Shown here one piece after another: positions 12,301 to 24,300 of a stretch of DNA of 64,000 bases (positions within the stretch are counted from its first letter, which is position 1; each line of letters opens with the position of its first letter). The stretch comes from Macrostomum lignano (taxonomy: Eukaryota), in NCBI GenBank assembly GCA_002269645.1, contig NIVC01001632.1, positions 1-64,000 on the forward strand. Reading direction: 5' to 3'. The translations under genes were made by a program, and so were the position numbers. Under the pieces are notes generated by a model. That model was not told where the DNA came from. It worked only from the letters and a program-made list of their open reading frames with translations, and ran no database searches.

Positions 12301-15300
12301 CTTAAAAATCGAGAAAAAACGCTGAACCGATATGTATCGAAAACATTTAAAATCAAGAAAAAATTTTTGGCCGATATGTATCGAAAGCATTTAAAGTTAA
12401 GGAAAAAAATTGAGCCGATATGTATCGAAGTAATAAATAATAAAGTAGAGTTCATGACCGATATGTGTCAAAGTCACTTAAATCAATTATTTCAAAGCCG
12501 ATATGTATCGAAAACACTTAAAATCAAGTAAAAATAGCAAAGTTGATGATGTTTAAAATCTATTAAATTAACTCTAATTTGTGTCCACAATGTCGTCTAT
12601 GTAGGATCGTCCCCGCCTAATTGAGACTCTCAAGCCCTACCGCATTGTCGACGTGGCCTGTGGCAGCTCGCATTCGGCCGCTGTCGGCTTCAACGGCGAA
12701 TTGTTCACCTGGGGCCTGGGCGAATACGGCCGACTTGGTCACGGCGATAGCGATACTCAAATGCGGCCGAAGCGGGTCGAAGCGCTTAAATCGATGCGTG
12801 TTGTTCAGGTGCGCTTGTGAAAGACAGATTGGGTTGTAGTCTGCTCTTACCTTGTCTAATCTCACATTCTGTCTTAGTCTAACATTTTCTAGTCTCACTT
12901 TTTCTAAGCCTAACATTTATCTAACCTTTACCTAGTCTCACACCTTGTCTATTCTCACTGCCTTGTCTATTCTCACCGCCTTGTCTATTCTCATCGCCTT
13001 GTCTATTCTCACCGCCTTGTCTATTCTCACCGCATTGTCTATTCTCACACCTTGTCTACTCTCACACCTTGCCTATTCTCACCGCCTTGTCTATTCTCAT
13101 CGCCTTGTCTATTCTCACCGCCTTGTCTATTCTCACCACATTGTCTACTCTCACCGCATTGTCTACTCTTATACCTTGTCTAGTCTCACACCTTGTCTAT
13201 TCTCACCACCTTGTCTATTCTCACCACCTTGTCTACTCTCACACCTTGTCTACTCTCACACCTTGCCTAGTCTCACCAACTTGTTTAGTCTCACCAACTT
13301 GTCTAGTCTCACACATTGTCTAGTCCCACCGCCTTGTCTTCTCTCACACCTTGTCTAGTCTCACCGCCTTGTCTAGTCCCACCGCCTTGTCTACTCTCAC
13401 ACCTTTCCTAGTCTAAATAAATCTTTAGCCTACTTTTGTAAGTTATGTAAGTAGTATGCTAAGCAAGTTCCTGAATGCGCGAACTTTTCAATTTACCGAA
13501 TTTTCTTATAACCCCCCCCCCACTCGCAGGTGTCCTGCGGCAGCCGGGACGCCCAGACCGTCGCCTTAACCGAAGACGGCAACGTCTGGTCGTGGGGCGA
13601 CGGTGACTTTGGCAAACTTGGCCGCGGCGGCTCCGAAGGCTGCAATTTGCCGGCTCGAATCGACGTGTTGTGCGGTCGTGGCGTTGAACAACTCGAATGC
13701 GGGGCTCAGTTCACTTTGGCGCTGACTAACCGTGGCGAAGTGTGGACCTGGGGCAAGGGCGACTATTACCGGCTGGGCCACGGCACTGACGAGCACGTGC
13801 GCAAGCCTACCATGGTTGAGGCGCTGCGCGATAAGCGAGTTGTTCACGTGGCCGTTGGGGCTCTGCACTGTCTGGCCGTCACGGATCAGGTAAGGAGCGA
13901 TAAGGCTATTTAATGTACATGTAGCCTAGTGCTTAGAGCGTCGGACTCGCGACTTGAAGGTCGGGGGTTCGCTTCTCGATCCCCACTGGAACAATTTGGG
14001 TCCTTGAGCAAGACACTTAACTCTGCATCATTACTTGAGTTCACCCAGTTGTAAAATGGGTGCCAGCATTAGCTGGGGTAATTGAGGACGTGTGTGTGTG
14101 TGGCGACCCCCCAGTCCTTGGACTGAACAGCCGTACGCAGCCTTCAGATGCGCCGCGCAAACAGCTGCGGCTGAGCTGTCGGTTGGGGCCGGTGTAATCA
14201 ATTATATCATTATTATTATTCCGAATGTGCAATGCCAGCTTAATCTTCATAAATTACCGTCCCAGGGCCAGGTCTACGCCTGGGGCGACAACGACCACGG
14301 CCAGCAGGGCAACGGCTCCACCACGGTGAACCGCCGGCCCTGCCTTGTCCAAGGCCTGGAAGGCTACCGGGTCACCCGGGTCGCCTGCGGCAGCTCGCAC
14401 AGCGTCGCTTGGACTCTGGCCGACTTTGGCCAGGCCGCCGCCGCTGCCGCCGCTGCAGCCGCCGCTGCCGCACCGGCGCACGAGCCGGTCCCGTTCGCGG
14501 CGGAGCGCAACCCTCTCGGCAGGACCTTCGCCATGGACGCCTGGGAGCGCGACGCCTGGGATCACTCAGTAGCTCCCCAGCCGCTGTCGGCCGCAGCCGC
14601 CGCCGACAAGCCGGTCGCAGCTTCGTCGTCCTCGACAGCAACGACGACGACAACACCGTCTCGACCGTCGCTTAGCCGCGTGACCCTCAGCGCCAAGCGG
14701 CTGGCCGACAAGCGGGCGGCGCTGACCTGCCTGCTGCGGGCTCGCCTGCTCCGTCTGGCCCGCTCAGCCGCCGTCGACTGCCTCAGCGCCGAGGTCGCTC
14801 TGGCTGCTGAACCTGCGCCGCTGAAGCAACCGACGACTCCTCCGATATCACCCTCGCCGCCACCACCGCCGCTGCCGGCGCCTCCGCGCTCGGAGACTCT
14901 GGAGAATCTGGACGGCGGCGCCCTGACCAGCATCGACGACATTCGACTGGACTTGCCCAGCGGCTCGCCAACTCACGCCCAAGTCGAATCCTCGCTAGAG
15001 GCCACCCCGGTGGAGGAGAGCCCGCCGCCTGCAGTTGAGCCCGAAGATGAAGCCGAGCAACACCGCCTGCTCACTAGCGGCGGCATCGCCCAGCTGCTCA
15101 GCCTACTCAAGCTGGCCATCTGCGATCGGGTGGCAACCTCGCCAGCTCCGGCCGTTAACGCGGCCTCGTCGCGCCGTCTGGCCGAGAAGCTCGAACGCCT
15201 GGCCGACGCCAATCAACGCGTCGCCAGTCTGCTGATTGACGCCTGCATCGCCGAGCTGGAGGCGGCCGCCGTCGACTCCGAGCTCACCGGCCAGGGCCGT

Positions 15301-18300
15301 CGGCCGGCCCCTGTAGTGCAGGAGAGCCCGCATCCATATCTGGACGACTGCAGCCTCTCCGGCATAGTCTGCATCCCCGGCGCCGAGATGCTCACCGTCG
15401 AATTCGATCGGCAGTGCTCAACTGAGAAGCGGCACGATCCATTGGCTATACTAGATGGGGCCGGCCGCATTGTAGCCGTCCGGTCCGGCCGGGAATGGTC
15501 GGATTGGTCGCAGGAGATCAAAGTTCCTGGCTGCGAATTGGCCTGGAAGTTCACTTCGGACCTGTCTGTGAACGGCTGGGGCTGGCGGTTCACTGTGCAC
15601 CCCGTGATGCCGACGTCCACGCCCGTGTTGGTGCTCAGCGATGCCAGCGTTCTGGAGCGGCCCTGCATCCGCATGGCTCAGCGTCTGCTACGCCGCCTGG
15701 TACCACCGATTCCGGCAGCTGCCGCGGCCGCCATCACCCTGTCGCCGACTGCCGCTAGTCGATTGGCCGCCGCTCTTGGCGCCACCGCACAGTTGAATTC
15801 GCTAACTGCTGATCAGCGAATGTGGGCGCTGCACATGCTCAGGGCGCTGGTGCGGGGACTGCAGCGGACCGGAGCAGCTGAGGTGGGCCTACGCAATCGA
15901 TCCGTTTTTTGAAGAGGAATAGTAGTTGAGGATATTTTAGGTCATAGGGGAATCCCTTCTTCTAGTATGATTGGGAATCTCTTCTGCTCGTTTGATGGGG
16001 AATCCCTATGCTGATATGATGGGGAATCCCCACTGCTGGTATGATGGGGAATCCCCACTGCTGGTATGATGGGGAATCCCCACTGCTGGTTTAATGGGGA
16101 ATCCCTCAGCTAATGTGATGGGAATCACTCTGCTGGTATGATGGGGAATCCCTTCTACTGATATGATGGGGAATCCCTTCTACTAATATGATGGGGAATC
16201 CCTTCTGCTGGTATGATGGGCAATCCCTTTGCTGATGAGATAGGGAATCCCTCTACTGTTATGATGGGGATTCCCTTCTGCTGATATGATGGCGAATCCC
16301 TCTACTGATACTTCTATGATGGCGAATCCCTTCTACTGATATAATGGGGAATCCCTTTCACTGGTATGATGGAGAATCCCTCTGCTGATGTGATGGTGAG
16401 TCCCTCTGCTAATGTGATGGGGAGTCCCTCTGCTGATGTGATGGGGACTCCATCTGATATGATGGGGAATCCCTTCTGCTGATGTGATGGGGAATCCATC
16501 TGATATGATGGGGAATCCCTTCTGCTGATATGATGGGGAATCCCTTCTGCTGATATGATGGGGAATCCCTTCTGCTGATATGATGGGGAATCCCTTCTGC
16601 TGATATGATGGGGAATCCCTTCCACTGGTATGATGGGGAATCCCTTCTGCTGATATGATGGGGAATCCCTTCTGCTGATATGATGGGGAATCCCTTCTGC
16701 TGATATGATGGGGAATCCCTTCTGCTGATATGATGGGGAATCCCTTCTGCTGATATGATAGGGAATCCCTTCCACTGGTATGATGGGGAATCCCTTCTGC
16801 TGATATGATGGAGAATCCCTCTGCTGATGTGATGGAGAATCCCTCTGCTAATGTGATGGAGAATCCCTCTGCTGATGTGATGGGGAATCCTGGTCCATCT
16901 GCCCAGTCAGTAACGGGAATCCAACTCTAATCTGCCTCCGACAGGGTCGCGAATCGCCAGTCCAGTCGCTGCTGCGCACCCTGCCGGACATGCTGTCTCG
17001 CCAGTACGATTTCGAAGAGACGGCTGTCCGCTCCGGCAAGCAGCTGATGCACAGCCCGTTTTTGATAGTCCTGTGCGGATTAGCCTGCGACAGCGACCTC
17101 GATAAGTCGCCCTGCGCCTCCAAGTGGGCCTGGTTTCGGCGCTACTGCCTTGTCCAGCGAACTATCCAGTGTCTGCTAGGCCACCAACAGTCTCTGCCGC
17201 AGGAGTTTGTTGACGAATTGCGCAAGAAGATTGGCGACGCCAGGCGACCAGACGAGCGATTTATCGACTGCAAGACCTTCGGCTTCGAGCAGGACAAGCA
17301 GCTGGTTAGTTTGGGAGGAGAGTGGCTGTTCTCTGCCATTTTTAATCCGTTATCTAGCCCCTAATCCCTTATCTCGTGTCCCTAATCCCTTATCCTCGCC
17401 ATCCTCTCCCCGATCCTTCAGCTGCCTCCCCTCCCCGATCCTTCAGCTGCCACCCCTCCCCGATCCTTCAGCTGCCTCCCCCTCCCTCCCCCCTCCCCGA
17501 TCCTTTAGCTGCCTCCCCCTCCCTCCCCGATCCTTCAGCTGCCACCCCCTCCCCGATCCTTCAGCTGCCACCCCTCCCCGATCCTTCAGCTGCCACCCCT
17601 CCCCGATCCTTCAGCTACCACCCCTCCCCGATCCTTCAGCTACCACCCCTCCCCGATCCTTCAGCTGCCACCCCCTCCCCGATCCTTCAGCTGCCACCCC
17701 CTCCCCGATCCTTCAGCTGCCACCCCCTCCCCGATCCTTCAGCTACCACCCCTCCCCGATCCTTCAGCTGCCACCCCCTCCCCGATCCTTCAGCTGCCAC
17801 CCCTCCCCGATCCTTCAGCTGCCACCCTCCCCGATCCTTCAGCTGCCACCCTCCCCTATCCTTCAGCTGACACCCTCCCCCATCCTTCAGCTGCCACCCT
17901 CCCCCATCCTTCAGCTGCCACCCTCCCCCATCCTTCAGCTGCCACCCTCCCCCATCCTTCAGCTGCCACCCTCCCCATCCTTCAGCTGCCACCCTCCCCT
18001 ATCCTTCAGCTGCCACCCTCCCCATCCTTCAGCTGCCACCCTCCCCTATCCTTCAGCTGCCACCCTCCCCCATCCTTCAGCTGCCACCCTCCCCCATCCT
18101 TCAGCTGCCACCCTCCCCATCCTTCAGCTGCCACCCTCCCCTATCCTTCAGCTGCCACCCTCCCCATCCTTCAGCTGCCACCCTCCCCTATCCTTCAGCT
18201 GCCACCCCTCCCCGATCCTTCAGCTGCCACCCTCCCCCATCCTTCAGCTGCCACCCTCCCCCATCCTTCAGCTGCCACCCCCTCCCCGATCTTTCAGCTG

Positions 18301-21300
18301 CTATTTACCTGTTCAATAACTGGGAGAAGTGCATTTTATCATTCCCGTCGCATTAACAGTAGCCGGCTTACAGTGTATTTTTAGCTAGTCCTGTGTCGAT
18401 TACATTAAAAAGGTATAAAGTAGCAATCTTTTTATAGATAGCGTTGAGTAAGAGTGAAAATATATAATAATATATACATGTCATAAATATAATAGCTGTT
18501 AGATTTTTTAATCAAAACGAGTGGCCTTGTTGGGCTAATACTCCTTGTTACGGTTCTATGCGCTTCTGCGTGTTCCTGCGAGAGAAGGGGGAAATGCGTT
18601 AGAACGTAGTGAAGCTGTGGCTTTATGAATAGCTATAGTGTAGCTATGCTATCCTTTTGTGCGCAGCAGTGTAGATCAGCTTGGTAACTGAATAGATTTC
18701 AGACTGCGTTTAATTAATTGGGTTTAAGTGTGTCGCCATTGTGCTGCCTTTTCTAGGCTGAAAGAAATTAATATGGCTAAAAAAGAGTTCAAGTGAGACC
18801 GGGGGAGGAGGATAGAAAAGAAAATTAAGTAGAAAATGTTGGGGCTGCTTGATTAGCAAGAGATAGGAGCGATGGAGAAGAAGAGGGAGATATGATATCT
18901 CGTAGCAGTTGGGGAGATGTGATAGCAGTTGGGGAGATGTGATAGCAGTTAGGGAGATGTGATAGCAGTTGGGGAGATGTGATAGCAGTTAGGGAGATGT
19001 GATAGCAGTTGGGGAGATGTGATAGCAGTTAGGGAGATGTGATAGCAGTTGGGGAGATGTGATAGCAGTTGGGGAGATGTGATAGCAGTTGGGGAGATGT
19101 GATAGCAGTTGGGGAGATGTGATGGCAGTTGGGGAGATGTGATAGCAGTTGGGGAGATTTGATGGCAGTTGGGGAGATGTGATAGCAGTTGGGGAGATTT
19201 GATGGCAGTTGGGGGAAGTGATGGCAGTTGGGGGGATGTGATGGCAGTTGGGGGGATGTGATGGCAGTTGGGGAGATGTGATAGCAGTTGGGCAGATGTG
19301 ATAGCAGTTGGGCAGATGTGATAGCAGTTGGGGAGATGTGATGGCAGTTGGGGGGATGTGATGGCAGTTGGGGGGATGTGATGGCAGTTGGGGGGATGTG
19401 ATAGCAGTTGGGGGATGTGATAGCAGTTGGGGAGATGTGATAGCAGTTGGGGAGATGTGAGGAGAGGAATCACTACGTGAGACTAGCTCAGCGGCCTGAG
19501 GATCAGAACTGTCAAACAACATAGTTAATCTGACACACTACCCCACAGGTGCACTGGTACAACAAGGCGCCAAACCAGTGGACCCTGACCTGGCCATCGG
19601 GCACCGGGCAGATCTGGGGCTGGGGCCACAATCATCGGGGCCAGCTTGGCGGGGTTGATGGCAGCAAAGTGAAAGCGCCGGCTCTGTGCGAGAATTTGAC
19701 AGCCCTGCGACCGGTGCAAATCATTGGCGGCGAGCAGAGCCTATTCGCTGTCACCGCCGATGGCAAGGTGTACGCCTGCGGCTACGGCTCCGGCGGTCGG
19801 CTGGGCATCGGCGGCAACGACTCGATGCCGTCGCCAACACTGCTGGACTCTCTGGTGCACGAGTTTGTGATTAGAGTGGCCGTTAGCAGCGGCGGTAGGC
19901 ACTGCCTGGCTCTGACTAGGAATGGCGAAGTCTACAGCTGGGGCGAAGGTGAGGACGGCAAGCTGGGCCACGGCAACTGTCAGAGTGCTGATCGGCCAAA
20001 GCTAATAGAAGCCCTGCTAGGCACTGAGGTGACCTTTGTGGCTGCCGGGGCCTCGCATTCGGCTGCCGTTAGCGCCGAGGGTCATCTGTACACCTGGGGC
20101 AAGGTGAGAGATCATTTTGCTTTATTAGGCCAGATCCTCCTTTAAAAGAGAATCCCCAGAACTAATATCCCCAGAACTAATATCCCCAGAACTAATATCC
20201 CCGGAACCGAAATCCCCGGAACTGAAATCCCCGGAACTGAAATCCCCGGAACTGGAATCCCCGGAACTGAAATCCCCGGAACTGAAATCCTTGGAGCTGG
20301 AATCCCCGGAACTGAAATCTTTGGAGCTGGAATCCCAGGAACTGAAGTCTTTGGAGCTGGAATCCCAGGAACTGAAATCCCAGGAACTGAAATCCCAGGA
20401 ACTGAAATCCCCAGGAACTGAAATCCCCAGGAACTGAAATCCCAGGAACTGGAATCCCCGAAACTGAAACCCCCGGAACTGGAATCCTTGGAACTGATAT
20501 CCCCAGAACTGAAATCCCTGGAACTGGAATCCTCGGAACTGAAATCCCCGTAACTGAAATCTCCAGAACTGATATTCCGGAACTGAACTCCCCGGAACCG
20601 GAATCCTTGGAACTGATATCCCCAGAACTGAAATCTCCAGAACTGATATTCCGGAACTGAACTCCCCGGAACCGGAATCCTTGGAACTGATATCCCCAGA
20701 ACTGAAATCCCCGGAACTGGAATCCTCGGAACTGAAATCCCCGTAACTGAAATCTCCAGAACTGATATTCCGGAACTGAACTCCCCGGAACCCAACCTAG
20801 GACTGATTGATGCACTATGACCCGCTTTCTATGACCAATGATCCAACATATTACTAAGCCTAAATGACTGACGGTAGCAGCCGTGTCACTCACTCACTCA
20901 CCCATTCACACACCCGCCAGGGCCGCTACGGTCGCCTCGGTCACAATGACTCGGAGGATCAGCGTCGGCCGAAGCGAGTCGAAGCGCTCAAAGATTATCG
21001 CGTTGTCGACGTTGCCTGCGGCAGCGGCGACGCCCAGACTTTGTGCATCACCTGCGACGGCTGCGTCTGGTCCTGGGGCGACGGCGACTACGGCAAATTG
21101 GGCCGCGGCGGCTCCGAAGGTGAGATTTGACTGAAGCTTATGACCTAATAGTCTATGACTTGGCTGAGATGATCAATGACCAAATAGTCCATGACCTAGC
21201 TGGGATGATCAATGACCAAATACATGTAGCTGGGATGATTAATGACCAAATAGTACATGACTTGGCTGGGATGATCAATGACCAAATAGTCTATGACCTA

Positions 21301-24300
21301 GCTGGGATTCTTTATTGTCATACGGCTCGGATTATCAATGACCAAATAGTCCATGACCTAGCTGAGAGGATTAATGACCAATTGGTCTATGACCTAGCTG
21401 GGAGGATTAATGACCAAATAGTCTATGACTTAGCTGGGAGGATTAATGACCAATAGTCTATGACCTAGCTGGGAGTATTAATGACCAAATAGTCTATGAC
21501 CTAGCTGGGAGGATTAATGACCAAATAGTCTATGACCTAGCTGGGAGGATTAATGACCAAATACATGTAGCTGGGATGATTAATGACCAAATAGTCTATG
21601 ACCTAGCTGGGAGGATTAATGACCAAATACATGTAGCTGGGATGATTAATGACCAAATAGTACATGACTTGGCTGGGATGATCAATGACCAAATAGTCCA
21701 TGACCTAGCTGAGAGGATTAATGACCAATTGGTCTATGACCTAGCTGGGAGGATTAATGACCAAATAGTCTATGACTTAGCTGGGAGGATTAATGACCAA
21801 TAGTCTATGACCTAGCTGGGAGTATTAATGACCAAATAGTCTATGACCTAGCTGGGAGGATTAATGACCAAATAGTCTATGACCTAGCTGGGAGGATTAA
21901 TGACCAAATACATGTAGCTGGGATGATCAAAGACTTTTTCGAGTTTTATGGAATATAGAAATTGGTACTATTAATAGTTCCTAGTTTATTGTCTGTACAT
22001 GTCTTTGTAGCATATTTCATTCTAGAATTCTTTATTGTCATACGACCCTCAAATGAAATGGTGCCTAACCACCACCCCCCCCCTCAACAAACAACGAGAG
22101 ACAGCACTTTTGCAGGCTCCTCAGTCCTCAGTTGATTCAATAATTAATTAAATAAGAAATAGGGCAACGGTATGTGAGCCGTGTTGTGCCTCTGCTGCCT
22201 GCCGCTTCTTGTGCATTTCTATTCTACTCTACAGAAATATACTTATATATTGAGATAAGACGTTGCAGGCGTGGTTTAGTAGTAGATTAAACCTGCAGCC
22301 ACTGTTTAGCCAGTAGGATGCTTGCTAGCTACTTAGAGTGGAGCATGTTGGGAGGTGGACCCTGAGCCGGTTTGGCTTGCACAGCTGTGCAAAGCGATCT
22401 CATCTCAACTTATTATAATTACGGACGTCGATGCTACTCGAGAATCTTCCTTCTGCCTCTCTGCCACTGGTCTGCTCAGTCTGTAATATATCCACATATA
22501 CTAAATAGGAGTACTAATATTCATTAGATCCAGTACAACTGTGTTTAGTTTAGGGAATGTTGCCCTAGCCTTAGCAGTTTTATATAGTTGATTCATCTGC
22601 ATCAGCTTAGAGACTGAAGTAATATTCGTAAAAGGCTTGCTCTGCCGCCTGCCTGACCATATTTGTACACACAGACTTCTTTTATACAGCGCTTGCTCTA
22701 CGAGCGTAATAGTTTTTTATATCGATCTTATCAATCCATTCATATTACTTATCTTATCTACTATCAAGCCTATATAATCGATAAAGCCAATTAGATAATA
22801 TAAACTTTCTACTATTAGTCAGAAAAAACAGTCTGCACTTGTTTTTTTGTATCTATAACTGTGATATAAAAGTACAATGTACTTTCTTAAAGTTAATAAT
22901 AAACATGACCATGAAGTTGAAGGCGTGGTTTTGTCAATTTAAAGAGTGGGGGGTCGGACGAAAGGGGAGAGAATATTCGTATTATATCGTAGATTGTAGA
23001 AGCCTCTCTCTGAGCTTATCAGCAGGCACAGCGGGGGCTAGTTTAAGCTACGCTTCAAGAGCCAATCAGCGAGCGTTAGAGGGTGAGAAAAGTCGCGGCC
23101 GTGGGGAATGATAAGCAAAACAAATGTACATGCACCCAACAGCCGGTAAATGTACACTAGACTGGGAGAGAGCAGAGAAATTAATGACCCCTAACATTTC
23201 ATATAATAAATGAAATAATCAATAATATTGAAATCAAAAACTGTGTACTTAATTTCTGATGATAATGCATACATGGTAAGTTTGTAAATTGAAAATCGCC
23301 TTATTATAACCAGCCAGTTAACACGCTGCAGTGACAACGTAACAAACAGTCTACAAAGACATCTGGCGGCCCTGTCGCCTAACAGTTAACACGAATCCGC
23401 AGGAAGGGTGAAATTTAAGAAGACAAAACTTAGCTAAATGCTGCTAAAAATCAGCGATTCTATTTTTTGTTTTCCAAAATGATAAAAAAAGTTTGAAAAA
23501 CGATTTGCAGAAAAATTTACATTATGATGGCATAGTAAACTATGACTTTACGGCCTATACCAGAGTACCAAAGGCTCTATACCAGAGAAATTAAGCATCA
23601 CTACAGATAATAAGAAAACTCATTGGCACTTAAAGACAGTAGGCCGCTTTTTGTTATAATTATAGTTCTCATTTCAAACTGGGATGTCATAAGAATTGAG
23701 AGCGATGTGTCATTCCCCGAAACCCTCCCCAGGCACCCTAAGGAATTGGATTCAGATCGCGTGATTTCTGGGTTCTTCTTAAACTTCAAACGCTCTTAAA
23801 GTTATATAGATATATGTCTATCGCTGATACCCGAAAGGCGTGCAGATAACGGATGTCTATGGCCACGAGAGAGTATAATTTCGCGTTCGTACAATGCGTC
23901 TAACACTAACTTTTGAGTGCTCGCGCACTCGTGCACAAATGCATTTTAGAAAGTTGAACTCAAATTTTGGTGAGACAAAAAAAATTGAAAATTATACTTT
24001 TTGCACGAGTGCATAGACGTTAACAGCACTCAAAAGTTAGTGTCAATCCATCATAGCCATACCATAGTTAATCGTAGGATTGTTCAGTATGTAGCTTGAG
24101 TTAAATAAATAGCCGAAATAGCTACGTGTACTATCAGTCTATCACCCTTTTTCTTGGCAATTATAAAAAGTCGACCCCATGACCTCCACTTTTGGCTAAG
24201 CCACTAATACGAGCATTCTCAGGACAGGAGTCATAGGAGGACCCATTAACTAATTGTATTTTTTTCTCTATTGTAAAAGTATCAGCTCCACTTTTTAGGT

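Noticed and set aside
11806-12515. A true CRISPR array
   Set aside because: Eukaryotic intron context, repeat only 16 bp, spacers AT-rich and partly related to each other, split by a HERC2 exon, no cas genes or leader.
13920-13990. A tRNA gene
   Set aside because: Only the box-like head of the SINE; no complete cloverleaf, and it continues into CORE-like sequence and an (ATT)n tail.
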